From positions 1 to 64,000 of the IMG/VR virus record IMGVR_UViG_3300042731_011014: a DNA stretch of 64,000 bases. The stretch is one strand, 5' to 3'. Under the pieces are notes generated by a model. It saw only the letters and a list, made by a program, of their open reading frames with translations, did no database searches and was not told where the DNA came from. The position numbers and the translations under genes are program-made. Source of the stretch: a virus. Shown here piece by piece: positions 29,829 to 38,628 of this stretch (its first letter is position 1; each line of letters starts with the position of its first letter).

Positions 29829-30156
29829 TACCTAATAGCTCTTCAAAAAATCTAAGTGATATAACAACCCAGTCTTGATTAACTACCCTGTTCGGGCCAA
29901 ACTTACCAGCCTGATTGAATCTTATCTGAATAACTGGCTCCCTATTTTGACCAAAGGATTCCTCTATTATTTTTTTTAAATCGGAAAGCTTTATACTATA
30001 TGATTTTTTATCAGTCAACTTGCAATCAATTCTCAATCTATCACTTACCACATCACTCTTCATTTCCTTAAGCGCACCGGACATTGGTTGCCTTTTTCCA
30101 CCTACTCTACTGGCAATCTCTTTCTCTTGATCTTTGACCTTATTTCGCTGCTTCAT
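29821..30156 (-). CDS. Hjc-like small PD-(D/E)xK nuclease/resolvase
   Basis: QEKEIASRVGGKRQPMSGA...KSDV...IDCKLT. Confidence 0.7.
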   Translation of the reverse strand: MKQRNKVKDQEKEIASRVGGKRQPMSGALKEMKSDVVSDRLRIDCKLTDKKSYSIKLSDLKKIIEESFGQNREPVIQIRFNQAGKFGPNRVVNQDWVVISLRFFEELLGNG

Positions 30157-30503
30157 TTAGCACCTCTAACAGCAATTACAATCTTATCAGGACTATTAAT
30201 TTTTTCTGATTCGCGAACCATGTATATACAAGTTAATCCTTTCTGTTTTGCATAGTTAACAGCTATATCAACCACCTTTTTCCTGTCCATTTCATTACTT
30301 GACATTCTACCATCAAATGTACCTATATAATATGACACCGCCCTTTTCACATTAGATCCAACCTCTATAACTGGGGGTTTCCATTATTGGTAAGTCTTCC
30401 GGTATCCATTTTGAAGGAAATGAGCAAAATTCTAAACCCTCCTCTTTGCTATTAACTTCCAAACCACCTAAACAGTCTGGATATAAAAAACGAATCATTT
30501 ACC

Positions 30504-31679
30504 TTACTCCTGTTTCCATGGTTTTAGCATTAGATCCATTAATTCAATCTTCAGCCTCTCAAATTTAGCCCTGTCATTTAGCAAAGTCTTAACCACACTT
30601 CCCTTGGATTGATAAACATCTCCATCAAATAAGAACTTCTTTTTACCCTCTTGCACGATCAATCCAAATTTTTCTGCCTCCTTATATACAAAATCCTCCT
30701 CTATTATATCCCCAACCTTTTTTAATCCCGCCGGCTGTAATACCATAACAAATTCACCTTTGCTATGTGCCGGTGCAGTTTTATTTTTAGAACAATCAAA
30801 TCCAAACTTTTTATCTAGAGGTAACCCAGACTCTTTATCAATTTCTGGCTTATATGACCAGAGATCTAACTCGGCAGACGTTGCAAATTTTTGACCTTCC
30901 CCGCCTGGTTTAGTCTTTGGATCGCCAAATGAAACACCAATCTTGTACCTGATCTGATTAATAAGCAAGATAGTTGGAATCCTACCGAATAATTTTAAAT
31001 TCTGATTCAATGATGAAGTCCACGTTCGCATTGCCCTATTGACTAACTTGGCCTGTAGCCCCTGCTGCCACTTCTTCTCTGTGGATTCTTCCATTTCTTT
31101 CATAGGAGTCATAGCAGCTATTGAATCAATTACATAAAGATCCATTACACCAGACCTCATCCATTTATTAACAACATCAATAGTTTCCTCTGCGGTAATT
31201 GGCCTTTGAAGCTCAAGTTCGCTTAAATCGACATTCATCCTTCTGGCCCAAATGTTATCAAGTACACCCTCCTGATCTAGCCATGCACAAAGAGTTTTTC
31301 TAAAATTCCCACAGGTACACTCCGGCCAACCCCAGCAGTTTGAACACATCTTTTGAGCATTAGCTACTATCTTTAGCATTAATGTTGTTTTAGCAGACGA
31401 TTTAACACCTGTCGCCATAGTCATCCTTCCAACAGGAATCCCACCACCTAATGCACGATCCAAAGCAAAAACACCTGTGCTAATCCTTGGAATATCCACA
31501 ATTAATTTATCAGCCGTACTTGTCGTTCCTTTGCCAAACTCTTTGTTAATTTCCTTCCTGGTTTGCTCCCTCAGTTTCTCTCTTTTTTCCTCCTCACTAA
31601 GCTCTTCCTCTTTTTCCTTTTCTTCCTTGCTGGATTCTTCCTTTTTTTCTTTTTTTTCCTCCTCTTTTTTCTTAACCAT
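30504..31679 (-). CDS. recA: RecA-family recombinase
   Basis: ISTGVFALDRALGGGIPVGR, Walker A GVKSSAKTT, LDQEG, VIDSIAAM, LLINQIR, PGGEGQKF. Confidence 0.93.
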   Translation of the reverse strand: MVKKKEEEKKEKKEESSKEEKEKEEELSEEEKREKLREQTRKEINKEFGKGTTSTADKLIVDIPRISTGVFALDRALGGGIPVGRMTMATGVKSSAKTTLMLKIVANAQKMCSNCWGWPECTCGNFRKTLCAWLDQEGVLDNIWARRMNVDLSELELQRPITAEETIDVVNKWMRSGVMDLYVIDSIAAMTPMKEMEESTEKKWQQGLQAKLVNRAMRTWTSSLNQNLKLFGRIPTILLINQIRYKIGVSFGDPKTKPGGEGQKFATSAELDLWSYKPEIDKESGLPLDKKFGFDCSKNKTAPAHSKGEFVMVLQPAGLKKVGDIIEEDFVYKEAEKFGLIVQEGKKKFLFDGDVYQSKGSVVKTLLNDRAKFERLKIELMDLMLKPWKQE

Positions 31680-31993
31680 TACATTCTCTTGATCTCATTT
31701 CTCTCTTCAATAACTCTTTTTGTGCAAAAATCAGCTGCATACTTGTCGGCATCCTCCATTTCTTCCAGATAGCAAGGAACTGTTACACCAACCGAAACCT
31801 TTGCACTCTCATAATTACCGAGGTTGACAGTCAACGAGTAACTACGATAAACCTTGGCCGGTTCAACATTATCCGGAAAAGCCTTCACGTCAATTACCTC
31901 TTCATCTAGCTCATCATCAACAATATGGCCGCCTTTTTTGTACTGTTTCAATACGGTCACCGTTAAATTTTCACACTTCTTTTTCTCTGGCAT
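31679..31993 (-). CDS. Hypothetical phage protein
   Basis: TVNLGNYESAKVSVG motif; coupled to recA. Confidence 0.6.
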   Translation of the reverse strand: MPEKKKCENLTVTVLKQYKKGGHIVDDELDEEVIDVKAFPDNVEPAKVYRSYSLTVNLGNYESAKVSVGVTVPCYLEEMEDADKYAADFCTKRVIEERNEIKRM

Positions 31994-32328
31994 TACATCT
32001 CCATTAGTTGGTTAAAAAATCCTTTAACTTACCTGATACTTGAAATATCTCATTAAACTTCGACATATCCTTAATGTCAGAAAAAACCACAACATCGAGG
32101 TTTCCTGCCATTAAATCAAAGCCACCCTCGAGATACCTTTTTTTCATATTGTTAATTCTTTTTTTAACAGTATTAACAGAACCATGACAAAGCACTACAT
32201 AACCCTGTCTATCATATCCTATTGCAACCTTTTGGCATGAATAAACAACGTTCATAATTTTGTTACCAATCTTTGCACACCAACGATAAACCCCATTATC
32301 ATCAACGAGTTCATACCTTTTTTGATTA

Positions 32329-32841
32329 CTATAAAACACCTAATATCCTCCATAGCGAAACAACCTTGATCCAAAACTTCTTATCTCTGCACCTTACATC
32401 CCCATTAAGCGCATCAAGCGCATATTTAACACTCTCGATCATATCAAATGAGTAAAACCTATGTCCATTCAACCCTCTAAATGGCGTTGGCGGCATCGAT
32501 CCCTTTGCTTCCCATGTTCTTACAGTCTTAGTTGTTCTACCTATAAAATTAGCAAGAGCACCAATTTTATAAAGCTTAATATCTTTCAATTCCCCCTTCA
32601 CCATTACTTTAGCAACTACTGGTATATAGTTTATTTCCTTGAATTTTTTCCTAATCCTATCCCTTTCGCTATAAGCTCTGCTCTTAATATTATCCCTAAA
32701 TGCTTTATTACACCTATACCTATTCCGTTTATAAGCTAGAATTTTTTCTCTATTTTTTAAGTAATAGCCTTTCTTGTATTCTAAAATTTTATTTCTAACC
32801 TTTAGGTAGTATTTTCTATGCTTACTTATTTTCCTTCTCAT
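32329..32841 (-). CDS. MerR/excisionase-like HTH DNA-binding protein
   Basis: YKIGALANFIGRTTKTVRTWEAKG...GHRFYS. Confidence 0.75.
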   Translation of the reverse strand: MRRKISKHRKYYLKVRNKILEYKKGYYLKNREKILAYKRNRYRCNKAFRDNIKSRAYSERDRIRKKFKEINYIPVVAKVMVKGELKDIKLYKIGALANFIGRTTKTVRTWEAKGSMPPTPFRGLNGHRFYSFDMIESVKYALDALNGDVRCRDKKFWIKVVSLWRILGVL

Positions 32842-33242
32842 GGCTCCTCTATAAGGTTAGTAACTGTATTCCAATCATAGACCTCCAATACCCCAATCAC
32901 CATAGATTCGATCTCGCTCTCATCAAAATCTCTGCATGAGCAAATATTGAGCCAAAAAAATCCACCATCATCTCTTTGTAAGTTTCTTTTAGACCAACCG
33001 TGAAACGATATGTGAGATGTTGAAAGTATCAAAGCACTAGAACCGCCTTCGTCGTAAAAAACCGCCTCCCCTTTCCTGCTAAGATCTTCTTTAACATTTA
33101 CAGAAATTGATTTCAAAACCCTCATTCCTATAAGATCACATATGCATGACAGTAACCACTTTATATCCCCTTCTGAGTTAAGAAAATCCCTCCTCTTAGT
33201 CCAACCGACTAAATCAACACTTTTGCCTATTATTCTTTTCAT
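32838..33242 (-). CDS. S-adenosylmethionine decarboxylase-like proenzyme
   Basis: GGSSALILSTSHISFHGW...LNICSCRDFD parallels the AdoMetDC ESHISIHTW...DIFTC self-cleavage motif. Confidence 0.72.
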   Translation of the reverse strand: MKRIIGKSVDLVGWTKRRDFLNSEGDIKWLLSCICDLIGMRVLKSISVNVKEDLSRKGEAVFYDEGGSSALILSTSHISFHGWSKRNLQRDDGGFFWLNICSCRDFDESEIESMVIGVLEVYDWNTVTNLIEEP

Positions 33243-36200
33243 CCCTTTGTCCTTTAAGGTAACCTTTTCTTTTGTAAAACTTTTCCCTACTTAAATACAT
33301 ATTGTTAAATTCAGGAATCATACTATCAACCATGTCAACTATTATAACAGGGGTTTTTTTACCCTTATCGTATCTAGCGGCCCTTCCGACAGCTTGCTCA
33401 ACGTCAGACATGGGAGATGCTAATACCTCTGTATCAATATCAGGTATGTCCAATGCTTGAGACGCCATTTGAAAAGTCGCAAAAATAACTTGGGCTCGCT
33501 CTGCTTTTTTTAACTCATCATCAGTTCTTTTTTTCTTTTTTCGTTTTTTATTCTCATCAACCTCATTGGTAAACCATTGGCCTGTATAATAATCAACAAC
33601 CGTACATGGACCAAGTTTAGTATCTAAAAAATAATCCTTAATTCTATCAAGGTGAAATAAAGATGATGATAGAACAATTACTTTCCTTTTAGCCTCAACT
33701 ATTCTCTCTAATTCAAGAGCTATTCTTTGATTCCTTTTCTTATTAGCATAAAGGAACTTTAGCTTAATCTCTTTTGGGAGTTTACCTGGATCAACTTTAT
33801 CCGTCTTAATTATATCAAATCCAGTCCACACCCTTTTAACAATAATATCCATCTTTTTGGTATTAGATTTGTATCCAACCCTACCAATATGATATAGGAA
33901 AACCTTTTCCGTTCCATCTTTCCTTCTTGGAGTCGCTGAATTGTGTACAAGTATTCCACTAGAAACAAATGAACAGTGACCACAAACTTCAAGATCGTAA
34001 ACATATTTTGGCCGAGCAACATCTCGAATCTCTCGCACAATTCCCTCGGCAAAATTCATGTCTCCATGAACAAATCTCCTCCTACTACCATATCGCCCAT
34101 ATGAATTACCATCGAGAGCATGTTTTGAAAAATACACAACATATTTTATTCTCCTGCCTTTTATTCTTCTACCATCAATCATTCCACCACTCACCCTCTC
34201 ACTCACAGAGCACCCAGATAATACCCCAAGACTTCTAAGTAACGATTGACATCCATATGCAAGGCTCTTAGAAGTAGTAGTAAAATGGTAACTTTTCTTA
34301 TCACCATCCCTCTCACTTAAACTACCATCTGAATCAAGTAGCCCCATTAAAAGTTCCATCCTGTCGTTTTTTTTCCATCCAACTATCCACTCCCCAGGAA
34401 TCCATTTTTTATAACAATAAATCTTATCACCCCAAACTGATCGAAATATTTCCGCAACAATCCTATTAGAGTATCCTACTTGACAACTACCTTGTCTTTT
34501 TTCTGTCGATAATTTCCAATTCACCCATCTCAAATCAGACATCTTCTCGATAAAATTAGAAACATCCCTCTCCTTAACAGAGAAACATATTTTACCACCA
34601 TCTAACCACCCATTGCCAAGCCAAAATCCAAACATATAAGCCCAGTCTCTAAGTTCTACTACGCATGATACATACGTACCACTTGCACCCTCTGTATAAA
34701 TCAACTCAGGATCACTCAAAAACTTTCTTTTTCTAATAAATTCTTTTATTGGCAGCCTGCTACCATATTTACCATTTAAATATCTCCACCTGGTTTTTGA
34801 ATCATATTCTTTAACATCTTCTCTGGTTAATCCAACAGCTACATGGACCTTGCTTAAATTAATAGCAGATTTCATAATAATAGATGGAACATCTATAGAA
34901 CCTAAAGAACCACCTCCCCACTCATTCCCATTATCTACAAAAAGACAATCACCTTCAACAATATCCGCGACTCTACACTTTTCAATACCTGCTATTTCCT
35001 TCTTTTTCCCATTTACATACTTGTAATCCAACCCAGCAACTCTAAATATCTCGTGACTTGCAGTAGCTACCAACCTGTTTCCCGACACTGTCAGCTCTTT
35101 AACATTATCGGTACAATTATGCCGGAATATTTTCTTAACCTCCTTCCATTTAAAATCTCTACCACTCCAACCTCTACTGCTAATTCCAGAATTTCTTGTA
35201 TCAATAACTCCATCCTTCTCTGAAAAAAACCTTGAAGCCATAGAATACGCATCCTGTATTTTTCCAACCCAACCACGCCCAAAAATTCCACCTCTCAATT
35301 CCACAACAGATTCTGGGCCAACACTAAGACCAATGCGATTCCTTGCCCTGAACATGGGCATTAATGGCGAAAATGTTGGAGCAGATATCCTATGCACCTC
35401 GTCGGCGATAACTAATCCTGGCCAATCATAAACCTCTTGAGGATATTTACCTTTTCTCATTGATTGCATCATGCCAATTACAACGTCACATCCGCTCGTT
35501 TGACATATATTAGATCTAATAAAGCCAACCTTAACACCTGGAACAAATTCCTCAAGCCTAGCCTTCCATTGATTCATTAAAAACTCGCGATCAACTAGAA
35601 CAAGCGTTGACATTCCAATCGTTGCTATAATTGAACACGCCACAACCGTGTTATGAGTTACTGTAAAATCACCCAATAAGAATCTGCCATCACTATCAAG
35701 TTCAAATCCAGCATACTCACCAACACCATCATCCCTAATGCTAATACCTGTCCTTGTAGCACATTTTATTTGTTTCCTTTCTCCGGGAAACTTCCTCTTT
35801 ATCCTCATTGGGATATCTTTAAAATCACCGGAAACAATCATCCTATAGCAAGTTTTGCTATTAACAACTTTCTCACTAACTGTAACCATAAAACCAAGAG
35901 ACCTAGCTAAAAAACATATACCATCCGCATAACCTTTTCTTGATTGAATTATCTCCATGCACCCGCCAGCATTATTTCCATCAGTATCTAAAATACCAGC
36001 AAAAAATTCTCTTCTATTGTATCTGGAAGATACAAGAAACTTTTTTGGTATACTGCAAGAATTCCTCCCAAAAATATCCCTCATCAACGAAAGCAACCTG
36101 TTACTACCACCACGTTCTCCACATGTTATATGATATGTTGGACAGCCGTTGTAAGAATAATCTGTTCTAACAAAAAGATCAAATTTTCTCGCAATCCTAT

Positions 36201-37026
36201 CACATTCATTATAAATTTCTACATCAGGGTTACTTATCGCAACACCATTCAGATTTTTAGTACCATCCCCAATCCAAATACCAGCAAAATAAGGATCAAT
36301 TGGCAATTTAGGATATGGCTCAGGAAAATCTATACCATTTGGAGGAGAAAATTGTTTATATCTAGATCTCTGGGACTCCGTCAAAGACCTCCATTCATCA
36401 ATAGATATATCTACAATTTCTTTGCTTTTATTATTTACAAGAGTAAGAATATGAACATCATTACACACCCATGATTCGCCTTTTATTGGAATAATTCTCC
36501 TCAATTCGCCAACGCCACGAGTAGTGGACAATACCTTCTTTGGCTTACTATCTGGTCCCATTAACATATCACCAGCTTTTACATCTTCAACACATGTAAT
36601 GTCACCATTATAATGAAGAACCTTCGTTCCAATTTTAAGGCACTTACCAAATCCTGGCTCTGCTTGTATTATCAAGCCAGTTCCAGGATGCTTTAAATAA
36701 TCTACAGCAACATCATGTGCATTTTCCTGATCATGTCGAAAATTAATCCTGGATTTTAAAAATACTTGATTACCATGACTTAGTCTATACTCAATATCTA
36801 TTCCAATTAACCCTTTTTGAAAGAAATATTCTCTAGGAATTCCAATATAGTTACCCCTTTGCTCATACATAAAAATTGGTTTCGGATCATCAGCAAGTCT
36901 ATGCATTTTTCTTGGAGTAACAGTTAATTGCTTCCTATACTCAAACAACCCGTTTATTTCCATGTCATCAGCATGGATCCATGCCATACCGTTAAGGATA
37001 GCTTTCACCCTACGCTCTCCTGACAA
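33214..37026 (-). CDS. Superfamily II DNA helicase containing two inteins
   Basis: Spliced motifs AEPGFGK|T, IADEVH, GL|SATP, EQAVGRAAR. Confidence 0.92.
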   Translation of the reverse strand: MSGERRVKAILNGMAWIHADDMEINGLFEYRKQLTVTPRKMHRLADDPKPIFMYEQRGNYIGIPREYFFQKGLIGIDIEYRLSHGNQVFLKSRINFRHDQENAHDVAVDYLKHPGTGLIIQAEPGFGKCLKIGTKVLHYNGDITCVEDVKAGDMLMGPDSKPKKVLSTTRGVGELRRIIPIKGESWVCNDVHILTLVNNKSKEIVDISIDEWRSLTESQRSRYKQFSPPNGIDFPEPYPKLPIDPYFAGIWIGDGTKNLNGVAISNPDVEIYNECDRIARKFDLFVRTDYSYNGCPTYHITCGERGGSNRLLSLMRDIFGRNSCSIPKKFLVSSRYNRREFFAGILDTDGNNAGGCMEIIQSRKGYADGICFLARSLGFMVTVSEKVVNSKTCYRMIVSGDFKDIPMRIKRKFPGERKQIKCATRTGISIRDDGVGEYAGFELDSDGRFLLGDFTVTHNTVVACSIIATIGMSTLVLVDREFLMNQWKARLEEFVPGVKVGFIRSNICQTSGCDVVIGMMQSMRKGKYPQEVYDWPGLVIADEVHRISAPTFSPLMPMFRARNRIGLSVGPESVVELRGGIFGRGWVGKIQDAYSMASRFFSEKDGVIDTRNSGISSRGWSGRDFKWKEVKKIFRHNCTDNVKELTVSGNRLVATASHEIFRVAGLDYKYVNGKKKEIAGIEKCRVADIVEGDCLFVDNGNEWGGGSLGSIDVPSIIMKSAINLSKVHVAVGLTREDVKEYDSKTRWRYLNGKYGSRLPIKEFIRKRKFLSDPELIYTEGASGTYVSCVVELRDWAYMFGFWLGNGWLDGGKICFSVKERDVSNFIEKMSDLRWVNWKLSTEKRQGSCQVGYSNRIVAEIFRSVWGDKIYCYKKWIPGEWIVGWKKNDRMELLMGLLDSDGSLSERDGDKKSYHFTTTSKSLAYGCQSLLRSLGVLSGCSVSERVSGGMIDGRRIKGRRIKYVVYFSKHALDGNSYGRYGSRRRFVHGDMNFAEGIVREIRDVARPKYVYDLEVCGHCSFVSSGILVHNSATPRRKDGTEKVFLYHIGRVGYKSNTKKMDIIVKRVWTGFDIIKTDKVDPGKLPKEIKLKFLYANKKRNQRIALELERIVEAKRKVIVLSSSLFHLDRIKDYFLDTKLGPCTVVDYYTGQWFTNEVDENKKRKKKKRTDDELKKAERAQVIFATFQMASQALDIPDIDTEVLASPMSDVEQAVGRAARYDKGKKTPVIIVDMVDSMIPEFNNMYLSREKFYKRKGYLKGQRDEKNNRQKC
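33940..35325 (-). mobile_element. Intein (462 aa, Ser1) with LAGLIDADG endonuclease in helicase motif III
   Basis: L|SVGPESVV ... ILVHN|S; internal MFGFWLGNG and LLMGLLDSDG. Confidence 0.9.
35650..36642 (-). mobile_element. Intein (331 aa) with LAGLIDADG endonuclease in helicase Walker A
   Basis: K|CLKIGTKV ... FTVTHN|T; internal FAGIWIGDG and FFAGILDTDG. Confidence 0.92.
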
Positions 37027-37403
37027 TAATTATTTGCTTGTTATCTTCTGGATCGAAAAGACTATCAAACACAATAAAAGCTTTCTTTTCACCATTACCA
37101 TCCAAATCAAGTAATAGTTTTTGACCGGCCGGCATGAGTTCAAGATGTATAGACATTTTGGACTCAATCTCAGAATTGCCTAATCCAGTAGGTAAGCCAA
37201 CTTCCATCATTACATCAGTCAAATACGTCATATGTTTTCCTCAAAATCCCTTTCAATCTCGTCAATATCATCATCAGTTAAACGCTCAAAACACTCATGT
37301 AACTCTTCTTTTACATTGTCTATTCTATCCTTACTCGCACCTTTATCAATTAAACCTCTAAGCTTCCTTGAAACTCTTATATAGTCATCTAAAGTTACAC
37401 TCA

Positions 37404-37754
37404 TTAAAATTTCTTACCGCCATGCTTATGGGGCCTACTCAAATTGTAACGCATCTTTTCAACTATAGCCTTGCCAATATCAAGACCTTTTCCTTTTGAA
37501 AAATCCATTATCCTAATAACCACATCGGCAAGCTCAACCGATGCGCTATCAAGATCAATCATGTCATCTTTTGGATTCCCATTTCTAAGTCCTTCGAGTG
37601 CTTCTGAAAGCTCGGAATGCATTAGAGCTATAAGCTCACCATCATTCCTATTCTTCCCGTCATCCCAGAATCCTTTTTTAATAAAGTTATCATGAATATG
37701 CTCAGCCATTTTATCCCAGTGATCAATAAATCTGTCTGTATCCTGTTTTTTCAT
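37404..37754 (-). CDS. MazG-like all-alpha NTP pyrophosphohydrolase
   Basis: LIALMHSELSEALEGLR...ELADVVIRIMD. Confidence 0.85.
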   Translation of the reverse strand: MKKQDTDRFIDHWDKMAEHIHDNFIKKGFWDDGKNRNDGELIALMHSELSEALEGLRNGNPKDDMIDLDSASVELADVVIRIMDFSKGKGLDIGKAIVEKMRYNLSRPHKHGGKKF

Positions 37755-38052
37755 AAAAATCCCTTTACTTTGCCCCCTAGCAACCTAAGAGTTATTAGAA
37801 CAATGTCAGCACAAACAATTTTTGTATCAACAAATTCACTGAATTCTTCAAATTCATTTGCTAACGTTCCTTGAGAGTAGTCAACAAAATTGACATATCT
37901 CATATTAGGGTACCATTTGTTCGTTTCTAGTTCTTCTTTACTGAACAGTTTTGCATCGCAGAGTTCAGTAACCCATTTTGTAGGATTAATATTTTTCAGA
38001 AATTCAAATTTGTCCCTTCTTACTAAGACATATGCTCTTTTCTTTTATCCAT
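37751..38052 (-). pseudogene. Hypothetical gene with a single-base frameshift near its 5' end
   Basis: ATG GAT AAA AGA AAA GA.. at 38052 is one base out of frame with a ~94-codon open frame (AYVLVRRDKFEFLK...KVKGFL*). The span is 302 nt = 3n+2. Confidence 0.5.
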
Positions 38053-38274
38053 TGTTCACCTACCACATTTCTATTATAATAGAACACGAACTGCCTTCAA
38101 ACATATATTCACTATAAAGGTATCTTGGTTCATAGTTAATAAATATCTTCTTAGTACCAAGCGCTAATGATATTTTTTCCATCATATCAAAAGTTATGTT
38201 CACATATTCATTAAATTCTACAGTAACAACTCTACATTTATCATCCTGAAACCATATTTGATTTCTATTTATCC

Positions 38275-38374
38275 GATTATTACCTATTACACCCATAATT
38301 TGTTCAATTATTTGATCTTTATCCATCTGATTATTACCTATTACACCCATAATTTGTTCAATTATTTGATCTTT
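38275..38374. repeat. 46-bp exact direct repeat, 54-bp period
   Basis: gattattacctattacacccataatttgttcaattatttgatcttt at 38275-38320 and 38329-38374; an in-frame 18-aa duplication at the start of ORF 38060..38350. Confidence 0.95.
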
Positions 38375-38400
38375 TCTTACCTGGACATTTATCCATATGA

Positions 38401-38610
38401 TTGCCTATGCATTAGCGGGAATCGAACCCGCAAGCCCCCCACGGACTCTCTAAATTAAGGCTACAAGGCCGCATAACTGAGCAAGCTGCTCAGCTTACTG
38501 CCTTGAGCCTTAATGCTGGTTACGTAATCCAGCGCCATCTGTTTCAGTAGACCGTCTATCCGTTTAAAGCATCCCAGTCAAAACAACCGAAACTGCCTAG
38601 GCGTTTGCAT
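38401..38610 (-). ncRNA. Structured RNA with a tRNA-like T-arm (non-canonical; tmRNA/Y-RNA-like candidate)
   Basis: GCGGG-TTCGATT-CCCGC T-arm at 38431-38415; acceptor-like ATGCTTTA/TAATGCAT pairing; internal hairpins GCTGG/CCAGC and a long nested stem ATTAAGGCT-CAAGGC..CTGAGCA/TGCTCAG..GCCTTG-AGCCTTAAT. Confidence 0.62.
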
Positions 38611-38628
38611 CCCTTTTTTGTTAAAAGA

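Noticed and set aside
38275-38374. 46-bp direct repeat as mini-CRISPR
   Set aside because: Only two copies with an 8-nt gap, and they are in-frame coding duplicates.
38408-38480. Canonical tRNA gene
   Set aside because: The T-arm is perfect, but I could not build D-stem, anticodon arm and acceptor stem within 70-95 nt; reported instead as an atypical ncRNA.
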